58,686 bases of DNA from Minisyncoccia bacterium (GTDB lineage: Bacteria > Patescibacteriota > Minisyncoccia > Phycocordibacterales > UBA9973). The first letter of the stretch is position 1; every line of letters starts with the position of its first letter. Below the pieces are notes generated by a model. The model was not told the origin of the DNA, made no database searches, and saw nothing but the letters and a program-made list of their open reading frames with translations. Below, one piece after another: positions 1-8,231 of the stretch. The position numbers and the translations under genes are program-made. The stretch is taken from assembly GCA_965662335.1 (NCBI GenBank), contig CBFIGQ010000022.1, forward strand, positions 1-58,686, given 5' to 3'.

Positions 1-62
1 CAGATGTTGCTATTAAGCCACCATTCAAAAGTTGGCTTTTTTCTTTTCTACAACGTTCACGA

Positions 63-172
63 TGCTCCCTCTAGTGGACGCGTTCAGAACTCTTAATTGG
101 GTTCAAATTAAAAGAGATTTGGAGTTTTCTAAGATTTTTGAGATGGTTCCAATGGTAATACTTCAGAACTAG
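63..172. repeat. Copy A of a ~110-nt repeat family (3 copies). Its left end resembles the 3' acceptor/T-arm end of the minus-strand tRNA-Asn.
   Basis: It starts tgctccctctagtggacgcgttcagaact and ends cttcagaactag. It is near-identical to copy C over its whole length. It shares its end boxes (gtgctccctctagtggac, gttcagaact, taattgg, cttcagaact) with copy B. Confidence 0.85.
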
Positions 173-228
173 GGTATTTACAAAAAGTCTATTTGTGATA
201 TTGTTTGACCAAACAAAATCTAAGCACA

Positions 229-570
229 ATGTCAGCTAAATCAAAAAACCTTCAGGAACTTATAAACCTTATAGGTTCAAAGTATGTTTTCAATAAAGAA
301 AACTATCCAAAAATGGACGACAGTAGTCCTGAAACAAAAATGATGTTTGCAATCCAGCATAGTAAAAACCATATGGATAAATCCATCGGAGTTATAGCTG
401 GAGTATGTGAAGAATATGACCACAAAGGCAACAGGACACACCAAGGAATTACCAAGGTGGAAGAAGCTACAGTTAAAATGTTCATCAACATTCTCAAACT
501 TGCAGAAGAACTTGGTTTCTCTGCCGAGGAATTGTTTGAAAGAGTTGAAGAGTTTTACAAAGACAGGTAA
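229..570 (+). CDS. Hypothetical small all-alpha protein, possibly MazG-like NTP pyrophosphohydrolase fold
   Basis: ATG-started ORF lying between repeat copies A and B. Acidic helical segments (GVCEEYDH, KLAEELGFSAEELFERVEEF) are reminiscent of MazG-type domains. The functional call is weak. Confidence 0.35.
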   Translation: MSAKSKNLQELINLIGSKYVFNKENYPKMDDSSPETKMMFAIQHSKNHMDKSIGVIAGVCEEYDHKGNRTHQGITKVEEATVKMFINILKLAEELGFSAEELFERVEEFYKDR

Positions 571-688
571 ACAAACAAAAAACAGAAATAGAACTGCTTA
601 TTGCAAAATAGGCAGTTTTTATTTTACAAAAAGTTCTAAACCCTATTTGGGTACCAAAAATAACCTTTACAAAATAAGCTTCAAAAAA

Positions 689-799
689 GTGCTCCCTCTA
701 GTGGACAAGTTCAGAACTGCTAATTGGTATAGTATACAACAAGATTTACAGTTTAGTGGTATTTTAGGGCTATTCCCAATGCTTGAACTTCAGAACTAG
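689..799. repeat. Copy B of the ~110-nt repeat family (divergent centre, conserved ends)
   Basis: gtgctccctctagtggac at 689-706, gttcagaact, taattgg, and cttcagaactag at 788-799. The interior differs from copies A and C. Confidence 0.8.
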
Positions 800-1301
800 A
801 AGGTAAAGGTTTTGAGTTTTTGATACCCCTTATAGCAAGTATTAGTGAGATTATTTGTGCAACAACGATAATCCAAGCACCTTTTGAAGCCAATGCGTAC
901 AGAAGGAATAAATGACCAGGAATGATAAAAATCCACCCAAGACGTCGTCTGTTGTTTGCCCAGAAGTAAACCGTAAGGATAAAGAAGATGACCGCTATGA
1001 GCTCTAATGTTGTTACTGGATTGATAGTATTGAGTAGGTAGACAACGGCAACCACAATACCAATAAACACATAGTGCAGTTTCTTCAGTTTCCGAGAAAA
1101 TAGACCTAATGCTACAAGCATAAAGAATAACTCAAATGCGAGTAGTTGATAAAGCTGAAAATGCCAGCCAATAATCGCAAATAAGGCACAATCAATTGTT
1201 GTATAAAACCAAGATGAGTTTGGAGGGTTTTTACCAGAAAGTAAAAACTTCCACCAAAGGTTCATCAAGCTCTGTATTATTTGGGCAATGATTATCATCA
1301 A
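753..1301 (-). CDS. Multi-pass membrane protein, possibly PnuC-like nicotinamide riboside transporter family
   Basis: 182-aa ORF with about 6 hydrophobic helices. Two internally similar halves carry W/G-rich helix ends (FAIIGWHFQLY; RRRLGWIFIIPGHLF). The last ~16 codons and the stop lie inside repeat copy B. Confidence 0.4.
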   Translation of the reverse strand: MMIIIAQIIQSLMNLWWKFLLSGKNPPNSSWFYTTIDCALFAIIGWHFQLYQLLAFELFFMLVALGLFSRKLKKLHYVFIGIVVAVVYLLNTINPVTTLELIAVIFFILTVYFWANNRRRLGWIFIIPGHLFLLYALASKGAWIIVVAQIISLILAIRGIKNSKPLPSSSEVQALGIALKYH

Positions 1302-1350
1302 AACAATTCTAACATTTTTATGAAAAGTTCTAATCCCTATTTGGGTATCA

Positions 1351-1380
1351 AAAAATCACCTTGTAAATCAAGGTGATTTT
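1351..1380 (-). terminator. Rho-independent terminator-like hairpin directly downstream (minus strand) of repeat copy C
   Basis: aaaatcaccttg-taaat-caaggtgatttt. On the minus strand the stem is followed by TTTTTTGA. It is homologous to the hairpin after tRNA-Asn. Confidence 0.7.
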
Positions 1381-1382
1381 AA

Positions 1383-1493
1383 GTGCTCCCTCTAGTGGAC
1401 GCGTTCAGAACTCTAAATTGGACTGCAATTAAAAGAGATTTGGAAGTTTCTAAGATTTTTGAGATGGCTCCGACAATAGTACTTCAGAACTCG
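1383..1493. repeat. Copy C of the ~110-nt repeat family
   Basis: gtgctccctctagtggacgcgttcagaactctaaattgg...cttcagaactcg. It aligns end to end with copy A with a few substitutions. Confidence 0.85.
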
Positions 1494-1494
1494 T

Positions 1495-1527
1495 AAAAGA
1501 AAAACCCGCCTCAAATTGAGAACGGGT
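1495..1527 (-). terminator. Rho-independent terminator (minus strand) closing the ORF-poor unit 1530-1860
   Basis: The minus strand reads gacccgttctcaatttgaggcgggTTTTTCTTTT: a GC stem followed by a T-run. Confidence 0.7.
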
Positions 1528-1881
1528 CTGAATGTTTTTTAAAATTACACAATGACGATACGCAATCATCACCTTGCTTCTTACCAATACATTAGCTGTA
1601 GACGAAGAGTATAACCGCAACCAACTGACACTCTTCTTTTCTCTGTTGTTTCAATACACCTTGGTGGACGAACCTTACCGCGATTGTGTACCGTACCCTC
1701 TGCCTTGCTCATAGCGGAACAGATTAGGAAACAACATAAGCAGTCCTGCTTGCAAGAACACTTGTTGACTACACACCTCTTGCGAGGGATTGGATATAGA
1801 GTTAAAGAACATTCTTATTTTAGAATACATTAAATTTAGTAAAAGTAAATATCTTAGTTCTACACTCTATTTGGGTAACAA

Positions 1882-1910
1882 AAAATCACCTTGATTTACA
1901 AAGTGATTTT
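1882..1910 (-). terminator. Terminator hairpin immediately 3' of tRNA-Asn
   Basis: aaaatcaccttgatttacaaagtgatttt. On the minus strand the stem is followed by TTTTTTG. Confidence 0.7.
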
Positions 1911-1915
1911 AAGGG

Positions 1916-1987
1916 CTCCCCCGGTAGGATTCGAACCTACGACCAATCGCTTAACAGGCGACTGCGCTACCGCTGCGCCACAGGGGA
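1916..1987 (-). tRNA. tRNA-Asn (anticodon GTT)
   Basis: The reverse complement folds as a 72-nt cloverleaf: TCCCCTG/CGGGGGA acceptor, anticodon loop CTGTTAA, T-arm GTAGG-TTCGAAT-CCTAC. No CCA is encoded. Confidence 0.93.
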
Positions 1988-2047
1988 ATGTGGTATATCT
2001 AGTTTTTATCCCGAGCACTATAGCACTTTTGCGAATACTCTTCAATC

Positions 2048-2287
2048 CTATAGACGAAAATCACTCTTGTACACCGTGCGGCCCGGAAGCGCTGCGGTAT
2101 GATTCCAAAAGTCAAAATGAAACCAGCCGTAACCCGCTGGTGGGTAGGAATAGTGTGCAGGTGCCTGTGCTGCAAGCCAGGTACCAGGAGGAAGCGGGGT
2201 AGGCGCGATAAATTCTCCTCTACGTACATGCGGATACATGACCCATACAAAAAGGAGTACACCTACTATTGCCAATACTTTGCCCAT
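2048..2287 (-). CDS. Possible small membrane protein (79 aa, one TM helix then a Pro/Tyr/Trp-rich tail). The alternative is that the block is a structured RNA.
   Basis: ATG ORF with N-terminal VLAIVGVLLFVWVM and a GAGGT 11 nt upstream. However, the region is markedly GC-rich and open in several frames at once. Confidence 0.25.
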   Translation of the reverse strand: MGKVLAIVGVLLFVWVMYPHVRRGEFIAPTPLPPGTWLAAQAPAHYSYPPAGYGWFHFDFWNHTAALPGRTVYKSDFRL

Positions 2288-2345
2288 GGCGGTATACTAC
2301 CTCGCATTTTATAAATTTCAATAGGAGCCTTATTTCAAGCACTCG

Positions 2346-3761
2346 ATGCACCACTTCACCAAAAAAACCAAAATTGTTGCAACTATTGGTCCTGCAACCG
2401 AAACCAAAGAGTCGTTTACTGCTATCTTGCGCGCTGGGGTAAATGTTGCGCGTATCAACATGAGCCACGGCACGTATGACGAACAGTCCAAAAAAATAAA
2501 AACCATAAAGGCAGTGGCCAAAAAAGAAGAATATCCGCTCGCCGTACTCCTAGACCTGTGTGGCCCCAAGATCCGTATTGGAGACTTTGCGGAAGGAGTT
2601 GTGGAGCTTGTCGAAGGCGAGACTATAGTTCTTTCTGGAGAGAAATGCGAAGGAACAAAGGAGCGAGTGTATTTCAACTATCCCCATATCGAAACTGACA
2701 TCAAGGCCGGTATGATACTCATGGTAGATGATGGCAAAAAGAAGCTTGTGGTAAATAAGGTGACCGGAAGTGATATCCACTGCACGATACTCGTAGGGGG
2801 CACGACAAAAGGGCGACGCGGAGTAAACATCCCCGGAGCATATTTATCTATTGATGCACTTACCGCAAAGGATAAAAAAGATCTCGTCTTTGGGCTTGAG
2901 CAAGGGATAGACTTTGTAGCGCTTTCGTTTGTGCGAACGGCAGGAGATATTGAAGTGCTCCGCAAGCTTCTCAAAAAGCACAAATCATCGGCACAAATTG
3001 TTGCAAAAATAGAAACCCAAGAAGCTATCGATAACATCGATGCGATTATTGAGGCGACTGACGCTATCATGGTTGCGCGCGGGGACCTGGCTATTGAAGT
3101 CGGACCAGAAAAGGTACCATCGCTACAAAAGGAGATTATCAAGAAATGTAACGATATAGGAAAGCCGGTAATCGTTGCGACGCAGATGCTTGAGAGCATG
3201 ATTACGACTCCAGTACCAACTCGTGCAGAAGTGTCTGATGTTGCAAATGCAATCTTTGATGGAGCTGATGCGGTGATGCTCTCAGAAGAAACGACACTTG
3301 GGAGATACCCAACGCAAGCAGTGCAGATGATGCACGACATTGCAGTGCGTACTGAGGCGACTATAGGTACCCACCGCCGTCATAAGGTACACCCAGGTGA
3401 TGTTGTTGATTCTATTTCTTCGTCTGTTGTTCATAATGCAGAAGATGTGTGCGCAACTGCAATCGTAGCGCTCACGGAGACCGGCTCGACTCCGCGTATG
3501 ATTGCGCGCTACAAGCCGCAGCAGCCTATCATTGCCTTTACACCGCACGAAGACGTCATGCGGCAGCTACTGCTTGTGTACGGCTGTTATCCTGCAAAAG
3601 TAAAGCCATTTACATTCATAGCGCAAGTCATACCTACGGTAAACGCGACTCTTAAAAAAGAAGAGGTGGCGCAAAAAGGTGATCATATCGTTGTATCGGC
3701 TGGTGTCCCATTTCAGACTGCTGGCAGCACCAACATGCTCATGATACTCACGGTGGAGTAG
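2346..3761 (+). CDS. pyk: Pyruvate kinase
   Basis: 471 aa with KKTKIVATIGPAT, NMSHG and MVARGDLAIEV motifs. Confidence 0.95.
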   Translation: MHHFTKKTKIVATIGPATETKESFTAILRAGVNVARINMSHGTYDEQSKKIKTIKAVAKKEEYPLAVLLDLCGPKIRIGDFAEGVVELVEGETIVLSGEKCEGTKERVYFNYPHIETDIKAGMILMVDDGKKKLVVNKVTGSDIHCTILVGGTTKGRRGVNIPGAYLSIDALTAKDKKDLVFGLEQGIDFVALSFVRTAGDIEVLRKLLKKHKSSAQIVAKIETQEAIDNIDAIIEATDAIMVARGDLAIEVGPEKVPSLQKEIIKKCNDIGKPVIVATQMLESMITTPVPTRAEVSDVANAIFDGADAVMLSEETTLGRYPTQAVQMMHDIAVRTEATIGTHRRHKVHPGDVVDSISSSVVHNAEDVCATAIVALTETGSTPRMIARYKPQQPIIAFTPHEDVMRQLLLVYGCYPAKVKPFTFIAQVIPTVNATLKKEEVAQKGDHIVVSAGVPFQTAGSTNMLMILTVE

Positions 3762-3796
3762 GTTGCTCATTTTCAAAAGTGGTATACTAAAAGGGT

Positions 3797-4156
3797 ATGA
3801 ATATATCAATTAACGCACACAGTATCGAACTTACCGCACCGTTAAAAGAATATGTAGAAAAGCGCCTGGGGGGACTCGGGAAATTTACCGGAAGTGATCC
3901 GATGATTGTTGTAGATCTGCAAAAGACCACCGAGCATCATCGTCAGGGAGAGATATTTGAAGCAAAGGCAGTCGTAACAACACCGCTCGGAAAAGTGCAC
4001 CATGCAGCATCACAAAAAGCAGACCTGTATGAAGCGATCGATGATATCAGAAGCGAACTCATCCGCGAGCTCTCAAGTGCAAAGGAAAAGAAAGTCACAC
4101 TCTTTAAGCGTGGCGCACAGCGAGTAAAAAATATGCTGAGGGGTTTCAGATCTTAA
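3797..4156 (+). CDS. hpf: Ribosome hibernation promoting factor (RaiA/HPF family)
   Basis: 119 aa. The N-terminus INAHSIELTAPLKEYVEKRL and the overall size are typical of short HPF. Confidence 0.8.
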   Translation: MNISINAHSIELTAPLKEYVEKRLGGLGKFTGSDPMIVVDLQKTTEHHRQGEIFEAKAVVTTPLGKVHHAASQKADLYEAIDDIRSELIRELSSAKEKKVTLFKRGAQRVKNMLRGFRS

Positions 4157-4965
4157 GGCGTATATTTCATCCTCTTTCCATTCTCCGGAATAACTTCATC
4201 AACGACAAACGTCTCGCCCTCAAGGTGGGCGTTTGTTATTTTGTACCGGACGCCGTTTTTGAAAAAATAGGTACCAATAGACCCAGTATAGGCGCGATAC
4301 TTGCGGTCGTTTGTGATGCCGTCATCAGCAAGATTGAGTTCACCCATGTCCTTGGTAAATTTACCACAGGTTGTGACCAGGGATTCATCTTGTGGAGTAG
4401 GGGTGCTGGTGCCGTCAAAGATTTGCTTGATAGTTTCAGGAAGAAGAGCAAGTGCTTCGGTGTTTAATTTTGCCCGAAGTGTGAGTGTGGTATCTGTTGG
4501 ATCGATCAGGATTTCTCGAGTTGTAAGAATATCTCCCGCGTCGAGTTTGTAGACCATCTGCTGGATTGTTACACCGGTGGTTGTATCGCCAAGAAGGATC
4601 GCCGACTCGGTCGGTGTTGCGCCACGGTACTTTGGAAGAAGGGAATAGTGTACGTTGATTGTGCCATACTTCGGTAAATCAATCACGCGCTCAGGAATGA
4701 TCTTGCCATACGCGACGACGACAAAGAGATCCCACTGTGTTTGTGAAAGCTCCGCAAAGAATGCATCGTCGAGTTTCTCAGGTTGGAGTACCTTGATACC
4801 TTTTGCTTTTGCCCACAGTTTTGGTTCTGGTGCGGTCATCACCATGCCGCGTCCAACAGGCCGATCAGGAGCTGTAACGACTAGAGAAGGGGAATAGCCA
4901 TTCGCAACAAGGGTGTCAAGAAAGTCAGAAGTAAATGGTGGTGTTCCAAAAAAGGCTATTTTCAT
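4153..4965 (-). CDS. fmt: Methionyl-tRNA formyltransferase (short form)
   Basis: MKIAFFGTPPF start and the HYSLLPKYRGATP motif. It lies directly downstream of def. Confidence 0.9.
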   Translation of the reverse strand: MKIAFFGTPPFTSDFLDTLVANGYSPSLVVTAPDRPVGRGMVMTAPEPKLWAKAKGIKVLQPEKLDDAFFAELSQTQWDLFVVVAYGKIIPERVIDLPKYGTINVHYSLLPKYRGATPTESAILLGDTTTGVTIQQMVYKLDAGDILTTREILIDPTDTTLTLRAKLNTEALALLPETIKQIFDGTSTPTPQDESLVTTCGKFTKDMGELNLADDGITNDRKYRAYTGSIGTYFFKNGVRYKITNAHLEGETFVVDEVIPENGKRMKYTP

Positions 4966-4966
4966 A

Positions 4967-5455
4967 TTATTTCTCCGGCGGAATATCTTGTACTTCAGTT
5001 GCCTTATCGATAAAGAGGGTGCCGTTTAAGTGATCGGTCTCGTGTTGAAATATCTGCGCAAGGAGGCCGCGGCCGCTCATGACAAATTCATTTCCTTCGG
5101 CATTGAGTGCTTTGACTGTTGCAGTGGTCGAGCGCTTTACGAGCCCATATTTCCAGCGAACTGACAGACAACCTTCAGACAGATTTTCTTTCTTTTTGCC
5201 GAGGCGAATGATCTCAGGATTGATAAAGACTGTATCCTCCTTGAGGAGTTTACTTGCACGCTCTGCTACAACAAAGATACGCAAGCTCTCACCAATCTGC
5301 GGAGCTGCAATAGCAACACCGTCGTCTTCGCCGCTGAGTGACGCCTTCATATCACTAATGATAGTTTTGATACGAGGGGATGTGATGTCCTCTAGTGCAA
5401 CTGGCTTGGCGATTGCTCGAAGTACAGCTGACGGTTCTTGAACGATAGGTTTCAT
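4967..5455 (-). CDS. def: Peptide deformylase
   Basis: GIAAPQIG, EGCLS and HETDHL motifs. I chose the ATG at 5455 (MKPIVQEP); the longer ORF extension overlaps hisS. Confidence 0.93.
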   Translation of the reverse strand: MKPIVQEPSAVLRAIAKPVALEDITSPRIKTIISDMKASLSGEDDGVAIAAPQIGESLRIFVVAERASKLLKEDTVFINPEIIRLGKKKENLSEGCLSVRWKYGLVKRSTTATVKALNAEGNEFVMSGRGLLAQIFQHETDHLNGTLFIDKATEVQDIPPEK

Positions 5456-5456
5456 G

Positions 5457-6740
5457 TTACTTGAGGTGCTTAAGATAGGTAGCAAGTTCTTTGATAGGTA
5501 CAGTATCCTGTGAGCGAGTTTCCATGTTGCGCACAATGACAGTGTCGTGTACTGCTTCCATTTGCCCAAATATCATGACATACGGTGTGCCGCTTTTCTC
5601 AGCGACGGCAAGCTGCGCGCCGAGGCTGTCTTTGGAGAGAGATTGCATGACGGGGATGTGCGCCTTGCGGAGGATCTCAATGACATTGAGGCTTTTGAGT
5701 TTTGCTTCGATGCCGACCTGGATGAAATACACCTTTGGCTTTTTGATAATGCGCGGAGAGAGATCTTTAAACCATGGCTGCTCGATGAGTCTGTCGATGC
5801 CGATAGAGCCACCCATAGCAGGTACATCCTTTTTTGCACCAAGCTGTTTGCCGAGATAGTCATAGCGACCACCGCCTGCGATTGTCATCGGGCTTCCGTC
5901 TTCATTTTCTACAATAACCTCAAACACAGTGTGCGTATAGTACGAGAGCCCGCGCACGAGATTTTTGTCTATTTGATACGGGATACCCATCTGATCGAGA
6001 CATTCAAGCACTTCTTTGAAGTGTTTTTTGCCACTCGGAGAAAGATAACTCACAGAGTCCGGGGCGTTTTGATTTATTTCAATAGTTGAAGCTTCTTTGG
6101 AGTCGAGAATACGAAGCGGATTTGTTTTGAGGCGTTCCCGATCTATAGGGGCAAGCTTGTCGATGTGTTTTTTGTAGTAGCTGGTGAGCTCGCGGATGTA
6201 GGCCGGGCGCGAGTCCTTGTCACCGATAGAGTTTATCGTGACAAAAAGGTTTGTTGCACCAGCTTCTTCGAGAATCGTATAGATAGTTTTGATGACGAGC
6301 GCGTCAACAATACTTTTCTCGCTTCCAAGTGCGTCTACGTCAAACTGATAGAACTGTCGGTATCGTCCGCGCTGTGGCTTGTCATGGCGAAATACTGGTC
6401 CAGAGTGATATAGGAGTACTGGCTGAGGCTGTGCCTGCATGCCGCCTTCGATATATGCGCGCATGAGCCCCGCAGTCTGCTCAGGGCGCATTGCGAGACG
6501 GTCGCCACCTTTGGTCTTGAGTGTATACATTTCCTTGTCGACGATATCAGTACCGATGCCGACCGCAGTCGTAAAGGTATCCTCGTACTCCAGGATAGGA
6601 GTCTCTATAGGCTTAAAGCCATAGTACACAGCTACTTCTTGTGCCTTTTCAAAAAAGCCTTGGAACTTGTAGTAGTCATCTCCGATAATATCTCGCATGC
6701 CTTTAGGGCTTGAGAGTTCTTGTTTTTTTGGATTATTCAT
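5457..6740 (-). CDS. hisS: Histidine--tRNA ligase
   Basis: 427 aa with GMRDIIGDDY, FRHDKPQRGRYRQF and GGGRYD motifs. Confidence 0.95.
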   Translation of the reverse strand: MNNPKKQELSSPKGMRDIIGDDYYKFQGFFEKAQEVAVYYGFKPIETPILEYEDTFTTAVGIGTDIVDKEMYTLKTKGGDRLAMRPEQTAGLMRAYIEGGMQAQPQPVLLYHSGPVFRHDKPQRGRYRQFYQFDVDALGSEKSIVDALVIKTIYTILEEAGATNLFVTINSIGDKDSRPAYIRELTSYYKKHIDKLAPIDRERLKTNPLRILDSKEASTIEINQNAPDSVSYLSPSGKKHFKEVLECLDQMGIPYQIDKNLVRGLSYYTHTVFEVIVENEDGSPMTIAGGGRYDYLGKQLGAKKDVPAMGGSIGIDRLIEQPWFKDLSPRIIKKPKVYFIQVGIEAKLKSLNVIEILRKAHIPVMQSLSKDSLGAQLAVAEKSGTPYVMIFGQMEAVHDTVIVRNMETRSQDTVPIKELATYLKHLK

Positions 6741-7320
6741 AGTCTACGTGTGCTGGTAATAGTGCAATAGCATTAAGTGGAAGGAGACGAAGGAGTGCGC
6801 GACCGCGAATGTTTTCTTTTGGAAGTGCGCCCCATGATCGAGAGTCGTAGCTGCCGCTTCGGTTGTCTCCGAGTACATAGTACTCGCCTTGTGGAACAGT
6901 AATATGGACGTTATCACTGCTCTTGTGCGTAATAAAGTCTTCGCTAAGTGTAAAACCTTTTGGATGCTGGGTATTGGTAATAGTAACCACACTGCCTTTG
7001 ATATCTACCGTGTCTCCAGGAAGTCCGATGATGCGCTTGATATAGTATTTGCTTGGTTCTGGTGGTGCTTTAAAGACGATCACATCACCGCGCTCTGGCT
7101 CGCGAAATCGATATGAAAGCTCGTCGATAATGAGGTACTGCTTGTCTTTGATATCGGGGTCCATAGAGTTACCCGAGACGATAAAGGGCCGCACGATAAA
7201 TGCTTGAATGAGAAGCGCGAGGCCTATTGCAGCGCCGACGTAGAGGATATTTTCAATGAATATGAAAAATTTGCTGCGAGGCTTTTCAAGATGAGGGGAA
7301 GAAGTAGTGCGTGGATCCAT
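6733..7320 (-). CDS. lepB: Signal peptidase I
   Basis: SGNSMDP catalytic Ser box, GDVIVFK and VLGDNRSGSYDSR. I chose the ATG at 7320; a TTG at 7362 is the alternative start. Confidence 0.88.
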   Translation of the reverse strand: MDPRTTSSPHLEKPRSKFFIFIENILYVGAAIGLALLIQAFIVRPFIVSGNSMDPDIKDKQYLIIDELSYRFREPERGDVIVFKAPPEPSKYYIKRIIGLPGDTVDIKGSVVTITNTQHPKGFTLSEDFITHKSSDNVHITVPQGEYYVLGDNRSGSYDSRSWGALPKENIRGRALLRLLPLNAIALLPAHVDYE

Positions 7321-7379
7321 ACTAGGCCTCAGTATAGACGATTTATCGATACGGGACAACAAGGGATTTTTATAGTTTA

Positions 7380-7967
7380 ATGGGGCATATGCAAAAGAAT
7401 TCTATAGCCATTATTGGTTTGGGAAATCCAGGGCAAAAATATGCAGGCAACCGGCATAACGTCGGCTTTATGGTGCTTGATATTATTGCACAGCGCGAAG
7501 ATCTGAACTTCAACCCGCGCAAACTTCTTGAAGCTGAAGTTGCCCCGTGGGGAGAAGAATTACTGCTTGTGAAGCCTCAGACATTCATGAATGAATCGGG
7601 GCAAACTGCGCGTCAGATCGCCAAAAATTATGATGTGGATATTGTTGTGGCGTACGACGATATCGACATCAATCTTGGAGAAGTGAAGTGCTCATTTGAT
7701 AGAGGGGCAGGAGGGCACAATGGCGTGCAATCCATCATCGATCATCTCGGTACGACTGCATTTGCACGCATCCGTGTTGGTGTGCGGCCAGTACACCCCG
7801 AACTCCTTCCACGTATTGCACCCCCTGATGGATTTGAGAAATTCCTGTTGTCAGACTTTGCACCATTTGAATCCGAACTTCGCGAGCAGGGAATCAAGCG
7901 AGCGATTGAGATTATTGAAGCCCTCAAGACAAAGAGTTTCGATGAGGTAATGAACGAGTTCAACTAA
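7380..7967 (+). CDS. pth: Peptidyl-tRNA hydrolase
   Basis: IIGLGNPGQKYAGNRHNVGF and the GGHNGV motif. Confidence 0.93.
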   Translation: MGHMQKNSIAIIGLGNPGQKYAGNRHNVGFMVLDIIAQREDLNFNPRKLLEAEVAPWGEELLLVKPQTFMNESGQTARQIAKNYDVDIVVAYDDIDINLGEVKCSFDRGAGGHNGVQSIIDHLGTTAFARIRVGVRPVHPELLPRIAPPDGFEKFLLSDFAPFESELREQGIKRAIEIIEALKTKSFDEVMNEFN

Positions 7968-7997
7968 ATTGACTCACCTATTTTGATTGGATATCAT

Positions 7998-8189
7998 ATG
8001 GATATGGAAAAAATGAATTTCGGAAGCGCGTCAGTGGAAGATATGGCTATGGCACAAGCGATTGAGGCAATGGAAAAGTCAGGGGATGTCGCTGGCCTTG
8101 AGGCAATGAAAGTAGGAGAGGGGCCTGGATCGAAAACGCTAACTCGCATAGAAGAGGCAGTAGCTCGATTAAAGAACAAAGAACAATAA
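7998..8189 (+). CDS. Hypothetical small acidic protein
   Basis: 63-aa ATG ORF followed by a strong terminator. No recognisable motif. Confidence 0.4.
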   Translation: MDMEKMNFGSASVEDMAMAQAIEAMEKSGDVAGLEAMKVGEGPGSKTLTRIEEAVARLKNKEQ

Positions 8190-8199
8190 TCTCCACATT

Positions 8200-8226
8200 A
8201 AAAAATCCCCGGATCGGGGATTTTTT
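8200..8226. terminator. Bidirectional rho-independent terminator
   Basis: aaaaaatccccggatcggggatttttt lies between convergent genes. Confidence 0.85.
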
Positions 8227-8231
8227 AATTC

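Noticed and set aside
63-1493. Whether the three ~110-nt repeats form a CRISPR array or integron attC sites flanking gene cassettes.
   Set aside because: It is not a CRISPR array: the units are about 110 nt, lie 500-600 nt apart and have ORFs between them. It is not attC-like: the conserved end boxes (AGTTCTGAA) are direct rather than inverted repeats and do not fit the RYYYAAC/GTTRRRY cores. No integrase is visible in the window.
1990-2345. Assigning the GC-rich block to RNase P RNA, SRP RNA, tmRNA or 6S RNA.
   Set aside because: I found only loose string similarities. The invariant elements are absent or mutated: the GGAAAGUCC/ACAGAA..GGCUUA P4 strands, the SRP GGAA-capped symmetric loop, and the tmRNA tRNA-like ends. 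I could not build the required long-range helices by eye, so it is kept as an open finding rather than a call.
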